From Candidatus Methylomirabilia bacterium (GTDB taxonomy: Bacteria > Methylomirabilota > Methylomirabilia > Rokubacteriales > CSP1-6): a stretch of DNA of 10,208 nt. Of this stretch, positions 6,742 through 10,208 are shown one piece after another. The position numbers and the translations under genes were made by a program. Below the pieces are notes generated by a model. It was not told the DNA's origin, ran no database searches, and saw only the letters and a list, made by a program, of their open reading frames with translations. Position 1 is the stretch's first letter. Each line of letters begins with the position of its first letter. Location: assembly GCA_041492755.1 (NCBI GenBank), contig JBGPXN010000166.1, forward strand, positions 1-10,208, given 5' to 3'.

Positions 6742-8471
6742 GGGGGCCCGCCCGGGCCGTCGCTCGCTATCTGGCGCGCTACCGGCGCCGCTACGGCGCG
6801 GGCGTGCTCTGCCTCGGCGCCGCCACCCTCATGTCGCTCGGCATCCCGTGGACGGTGAAGCGCGCCATCGAGGCGCTGGAGGCCGACGCCGCGCACGCTC
6901 CGGTCGCGGGCTATGCGCTGGTGATCCTCGCCCTGGACGTCGCCAACGGCCTCGCCCGCCTCGGCTCGCGCTTCTCGATCATCGGCGGCTCCCAGCGCAT
7001 CGAGTACGACATCCGCAACGATCTGTACACCAGTCTTCAATCGTTTCCGCCGGCGTTCTACACGCACCATCCGACGGGCGACCTCATGGCCCGCGCCTCG
7101 AGCGACGTCTCGGCGGTCAAGTCGCTGGTGGGCTTCGGCACCATCAGCTTCGTCTCGACGATCTTCGCCTTCACGGGCGCGCTGAGCGCGATGTTCCTGA
7201 TCGACGTCCGCCTGACCCTGTGGGCGATGGCGCCGTTTCCCGTCCTCGTCGTGCTGGCGCGCCGGTTCAACGCCACCATGACCGAGCGCACGCAGGCCGT
7301 CCAGAACCAGCTCGGCGTGGTGTCGGCGATCGTGCAGGAGCACCTGGCCGGGATGGCGGTGGTCCGCGCCTACACGATGGAAGCCCACGCTGGCCGGGAG
7401 TTCGCGCGCGCCAACGCCGAGTATCTCGAGCGCAGCCTGGCCCTGGCGCGGGTGAACGCGCGCTTCTCGCCGCTGACCGGGCTCATCAGCGGGCTGGGGA
7501 TGCTGATCGTGCTCTGGCTCGGCGGCATCGCGGTGGCGGAAGGCCGGCTCACGCTCGGCGCGCTGGTGGCCTTCAACGGCTACCTCGCGTATCTGGCCTG
7601 GCCCACGCTCGCCCTTGGCTGGACGCTCTCCCTCGTGCGACGGGGGCTGACGTCGATGGCGCGCATCCAGGAAGTCAGCGCGGGCGCGCCGCGGCCCGGG
7701 GGCGCGGCGCCGGCGCCGGGCACGCCCGCGATCCGCTTCGAGCACGTCACGTTCGCCTACGATCCCGAGCGCGCCCCCGTGCTGCGCGACGTGTCGTTCG
7801 AGGTCGGCGCCGGCGAGATGGTCGCGATCGTGGGCCACACGGGTAGCGGCAAGTCCACGCTCGGCCTGCTCCTGTCCCGGCTCTGGGAGCCGCCGCTGGG
7901 AACGGTGTTCCTCGGCGACGTCGACGTGCGCACGCTCGCGCCCGGCGCGCTGCGGAGCGCCGTCGGCTACGTGCCGCAAGAGGCGTTTTTGTTCTCGCGC
8001 TCCATCGCCGACAACGTCACGCTCGGTCGAGACCACGTCAGCGCCGACCGGACCCGCGCGGCGGCGGGGGAGGCGGGGATCGCGGACGAGGTCGAGGCGT
8101 TCCCGGAGGGCTGGGAGACCGTCGTCGGCGAGCGCGGGTTGACGGTGTCCGGTGGCCAGCGGCAGCGACTGGCGCTGGCCCGCGCGCTCGCCGGCGAGCC
8201 CCGCGTGCTCGTGCTCGACGACGTCTTTGCCAGCGTCGATGCCATCAAGGAGGAAGAGATCGTCGCCAGCCTCACGTGCGTCCGGCAGGGGCGGACCGTG
8301 CTCCTGATGACCCACCGCCTGCGCGCGGCGCGGGCCGCCGACCGGATCGTGGTGCTCGCGGACGGCGCGGTGGTGGAGACGGGAACCCACGCCGCGCTCC
8401 TCACGGCGGGCGGGGTCTACGCGCGGCTGTGGCGGACGCAGGAGCTGGAGGCCGAGATCGCCCGTGGGTAA
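6738..8471 (+). CDS. Type IV ABC exporter half-transporter (TMD+NBD), subunit with degenerate Walker B (MdlA/BmrC-like), 577 aa
   Basis: The GTG start overlaps the panE stop (GTGA). N-terminal TM domain with TGDLMARASSDV, Walker A GHTGSGKS, Q-loop YVPQEAFLFS, signature VSGGQ (8145-8159), Walker B VLVLDD (8205-8222, Asp in place of the catalytic Glu), H-switch MTHRL. Confidence 0.95.
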   Translation: MRGPARAVARYLARYRRRYGAGVLCLGAATLMSLGIPWTVKRAIEALEADAAHAPVAGYALVILALDVANGLARLGSRFSIIGGSQRIEYDIRNDLYTSLQSFPPAFYTHHPTGDLMARASSDVSAVKSLVGFGTISFVSTIFAFTGALSAMFLIDVRLTLWAMAPFPVLVVLARRFNATMTERTQAVQNQLGVVSAIVQEHLAGMAVVRAYTMEAHAGREFARANAEYLERSLALARVNARFSPLTGLISGLGMLIVLWLGGIAVAEGRLTLGALVAFNGYLAYLAWPTLALGWTLSLVRRGLTSMARIQEVSAGAPRPGGAAPAPGTPAIRFEHVTFAYDPERAPVLRDVSFEVGAGEMVAIVGHTGSGKSTLGLLLSRLWEPPLGTVFLGDVDVRTLAPGALRSAVGYVPQEAFLFSRSIADNVTLGRDHVSADRTRAAAGEAGIADEVEAFPEGWETVVGERGLTVSGGQRQRLALARALAGEPRVLVLDDVFASVDAIKEEEIVASLTCVRQGRTVLLMTHRLRAARAADRIVVLADGAVVETGTHAALLTAGGVYARLWRTQELEAEIARG

Positions 8472-10208
8472 GGCGCGCAGGGACGACGACCACGACGAGA
8501 TCCTCGGACGCGCGTTCGATCAGCGGCTGGTCGCGCGCCTGGCCAGGGCGGCGCGGCCGCACGCGCGGGTCATCGTCGCGTGCCTGGTCCTGTTCCCGGT
8601 GGCGGCGGCCGTCGAGCTGATGCAGCCGTACCTGCTCAAGGTCGCCATCGACGATCACATCCTGCACGCGGACTGGGTCGGGCTGTCGCGCGTCGCGGGA
8701 TTCTTCCTCCTGACGCTGCTGGCGCTGTACGGTCTGCGCGTCGCCGAGGCCTATCTGCTCAACCTCACCGGGCAGCGGGTGATGCACGATCTGCGGGCGG
8801 CGCTCTTCAACCACCTCGTGCGCCAGGACGCCGCCTTCTTCGACCGCAACCCGGTCGGGCGGTTGATGACCCGGCTCCTCAACGACGTCGAAGCGGTCAG
8901 CGAAGCGTTCACGGGCGGGCTGTTCGCCGTGGTCGGCGACGTCATCACCCTCACCGGCGTCGTCATCGTCATGCTCTGGCTCGACTGGCGCCTGGCCCTG
9001 GTCACGTTTGCGCTGATCCCCCTGCTCACGGCGGTCGCGGCGTGGTTCCGGCTCCGCGCCCGCGACGCCTACCGCGAGGTGCGGCGCCGCCTGGCCCGTC
9101 TCAACGCCTTCCTCCAGGAATCGCTGCTGGGCATGACCGTCACCCAGCTCTTCGCCCGCGAGCGGCAGGAAGCGGAAAGCTTCCGCACGCTCAACGCCGA
9201 CTATCGGCGCGCCCTCTTTGCGTCGACGATCTGGGAGGCGTCGCTCTACGCCGCCGTCGAAGCGCTCGGCTCCGCCACCATCGGGCTCCTGCTCTGGTAC
9301 GGCGCCGGCCAGATCGTGGTCGGGGCGCTGAGCTTCGGCACCCTCGTTGCGTTCCTGCAATACACGAACCGGTTCTTCCTGCCCATCCGCGACCTCGGGG
9401 CCAAGTACACGGTGATGCAGTCGGCGATGGTGTCCTCGGAGCGGATCTTCGGTCTGCTCGACCGGCCGCCCGCCATCGTCGATCCCGTCGAGCCGCGGGT
9501 GGTCGCGCCGGCGGGCGGCGAGCCGCCGGTCCGCTTCGCGTCGGTGTGGTTCGCCTATGACGCCGAGCACTGGGTGTTGCGCGATTGCTCGTTCACGATC
9601 GCCTCCGGCGAGCACGTGGCCATCGTGGGCGCCACCGGCGAGGGCAAGAGCACGCTGGCCCGACTGCTGAACCGCTCCTACGACGTCGGCCGCGGGCGCG
9701 TCTGCGTGGACGGCGTCGACGTGCGCGAGTGGGATCTCGAGCATCTCCGCCGGCGGGTCGGCATCATCTTCCAGGACACCGTGCTCTTCACCGGCACGGT
9801 GGAAGCCAATCTTCGCGTCGGCCTGGACGGGCGCGTCGGGCGCGCCGAGCTCGAGCGCGCGGTGGAAGCGGCGCACGCGCGGCGGCTGGTGGACGCGCTG
9901 CCGCACGGCCTGGCCCAGGAGCTCGGCGAGCGGGGCGCGACACTGTCGCACGGCGAGCGTCAGCTCCTGGCCATCGCCCGGGCCGTCGTGTACAATCCCG
10001 CAATCCTCGTTCTCGATGAAGCCACTTCGAGTGTCGATCCCGAATCCGAGCGTATCGTTCGCACCGCGCTCGCTCGTCTCGTCGAGGGCCGCACGACGCT
10101 CACCATCGCGCACCGTCTGGCCACCGTCCGCGACGCGGACCGCATCCTCGTCCTGCGTCGTGGGCACATCCACGAGGAAGGCGGCCACGCCGACCTGCTC
10201 CGGAGTGG
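8464..10208 (+). CDS. Type IV ABC exporter half-transporter (TMD+NBD), partner subunit with canonical Walker B (MdlB/BmrD-like); 3' end runs off the window edge
   Basis: Manually translated from GTG 8464, an 8-nt overlap with the upstream stop; absent from the ORF track. MGKARRDDDHDEILGRAFDQRLVARL..., FFDRNPVGRLMTRLLNDV, Walker A GATGEGKS, IFQDTVLFTGTV, signature LSHGE (9943-9957), Walker B ILVLDEATSSVD (from 10003), H-switch IAHRL. Confidence 0.95.
   Translation, partial: MGKARRDDDHDEILGRAFDQRLVARLARAARPHARVIVACLVLFPVAAAVELMQPYLLKVAIDDHILHADWVGLSRVAGFFLLTLLALYGLRVAEAYLLNLTGQRVMHDLRAALFNHLVRQDAAFFDRNPVGRLMTRLLNDVEAVSEAFTGGLFAVVGDVITLTGVVIVMLWLDWRLALVTFALIPLLTAVAAWFRLRARDAYREVRRRLARLNAFLQESLLGMTVTQLFARERQEAESFRTLNADYRRALFASTIWEASLYAAVEALGSATIGLLLWYGAGQIVVGALSFGTLVAFLQYTNRFFLPIRDLGAKYTVMQSAMVSSERIFGLLDRPPAIVDPVEPRVVAPAGGEPPVRFASVWFAYDAEHWVLRDCSFTIASGEHVAIVGATGEGKSTLARLLNRSYDVGRGRVCVDGVDVREWDLEHLRRRVGIIFQDTVLFTGTVEANLRVGLDGRVGRAELERAVEAAHARRLVDALPHGLAQELGERGATLSHGERQLLAIARAVVYNPAILVLDEATSSVDPESERIVRTALARLVEGRTTLTIAHRLATVRDADRILVLRRGHIHEEGGHADLLRS

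Noticed and set aside
7020..7046. AT-richer codon cluster (GAT...AGT CTT CAA TCG TTT) in the first exporter gene
   Set aside because: It is short, and I could not find a properly spaced -35/-10 pair on either strand.
6699..10188. Long minus-strand ORFs 6699..8390 and 8401..10188
   Set aside because: They are antisense shadows of the two exporter genes, which carry all the conserved ABC motifs on the plus strand.
1..10208. Search for CRISPR arrays, tRNA/rRNA, riboswitches, IS ends, intrinsic terminators and frameshifted genes
   Set aside because: Intergenic space is at most 73 bp. I saw no repeat-spacer periodicity, no hairpin with a U-tract and no transposase or integrase motifs, and all eight reading frames appear intact.

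Overview
Very GC-rich, fully coding bacterial window with two divergent, tightly packed gene clusters that meet at a 73-bp AT-richer spacer (4651-4723). Minus strand: an inositol monophosphatase-family gene (suhB-like), then a PotA/FbpC-class ABC importer made of a periplasmic binding protein, a fused two-domain permease and an ATPase that runs off the left edge. Plus strand: the Mg/Co channel corA, a ketopantoate reductase-family (PanE/ApbA) oxidoreductase, and two half-transporters of a heterodimeric type IV ABC exporter, the second running off the right edge. The ORF track omits both edge genes, and most of its other long ORFs are GC-driven shadow frames. I see no mobile element, CRISPR array, RNA gene or pseudogene. 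The region looks like core metabolism and transport, and I cannot support a wholly new system. The best leads are the phosphatase/importer pairing with an unresolved ligand, a PanE homolog lacking the pantoate-binding Asn residues, overlapping divergent promoters with a near-leaderless suhB, a 7-codon mini-ORF with ATGA overlaps at both ends, and an internal promoter-like low-GC3 patch.
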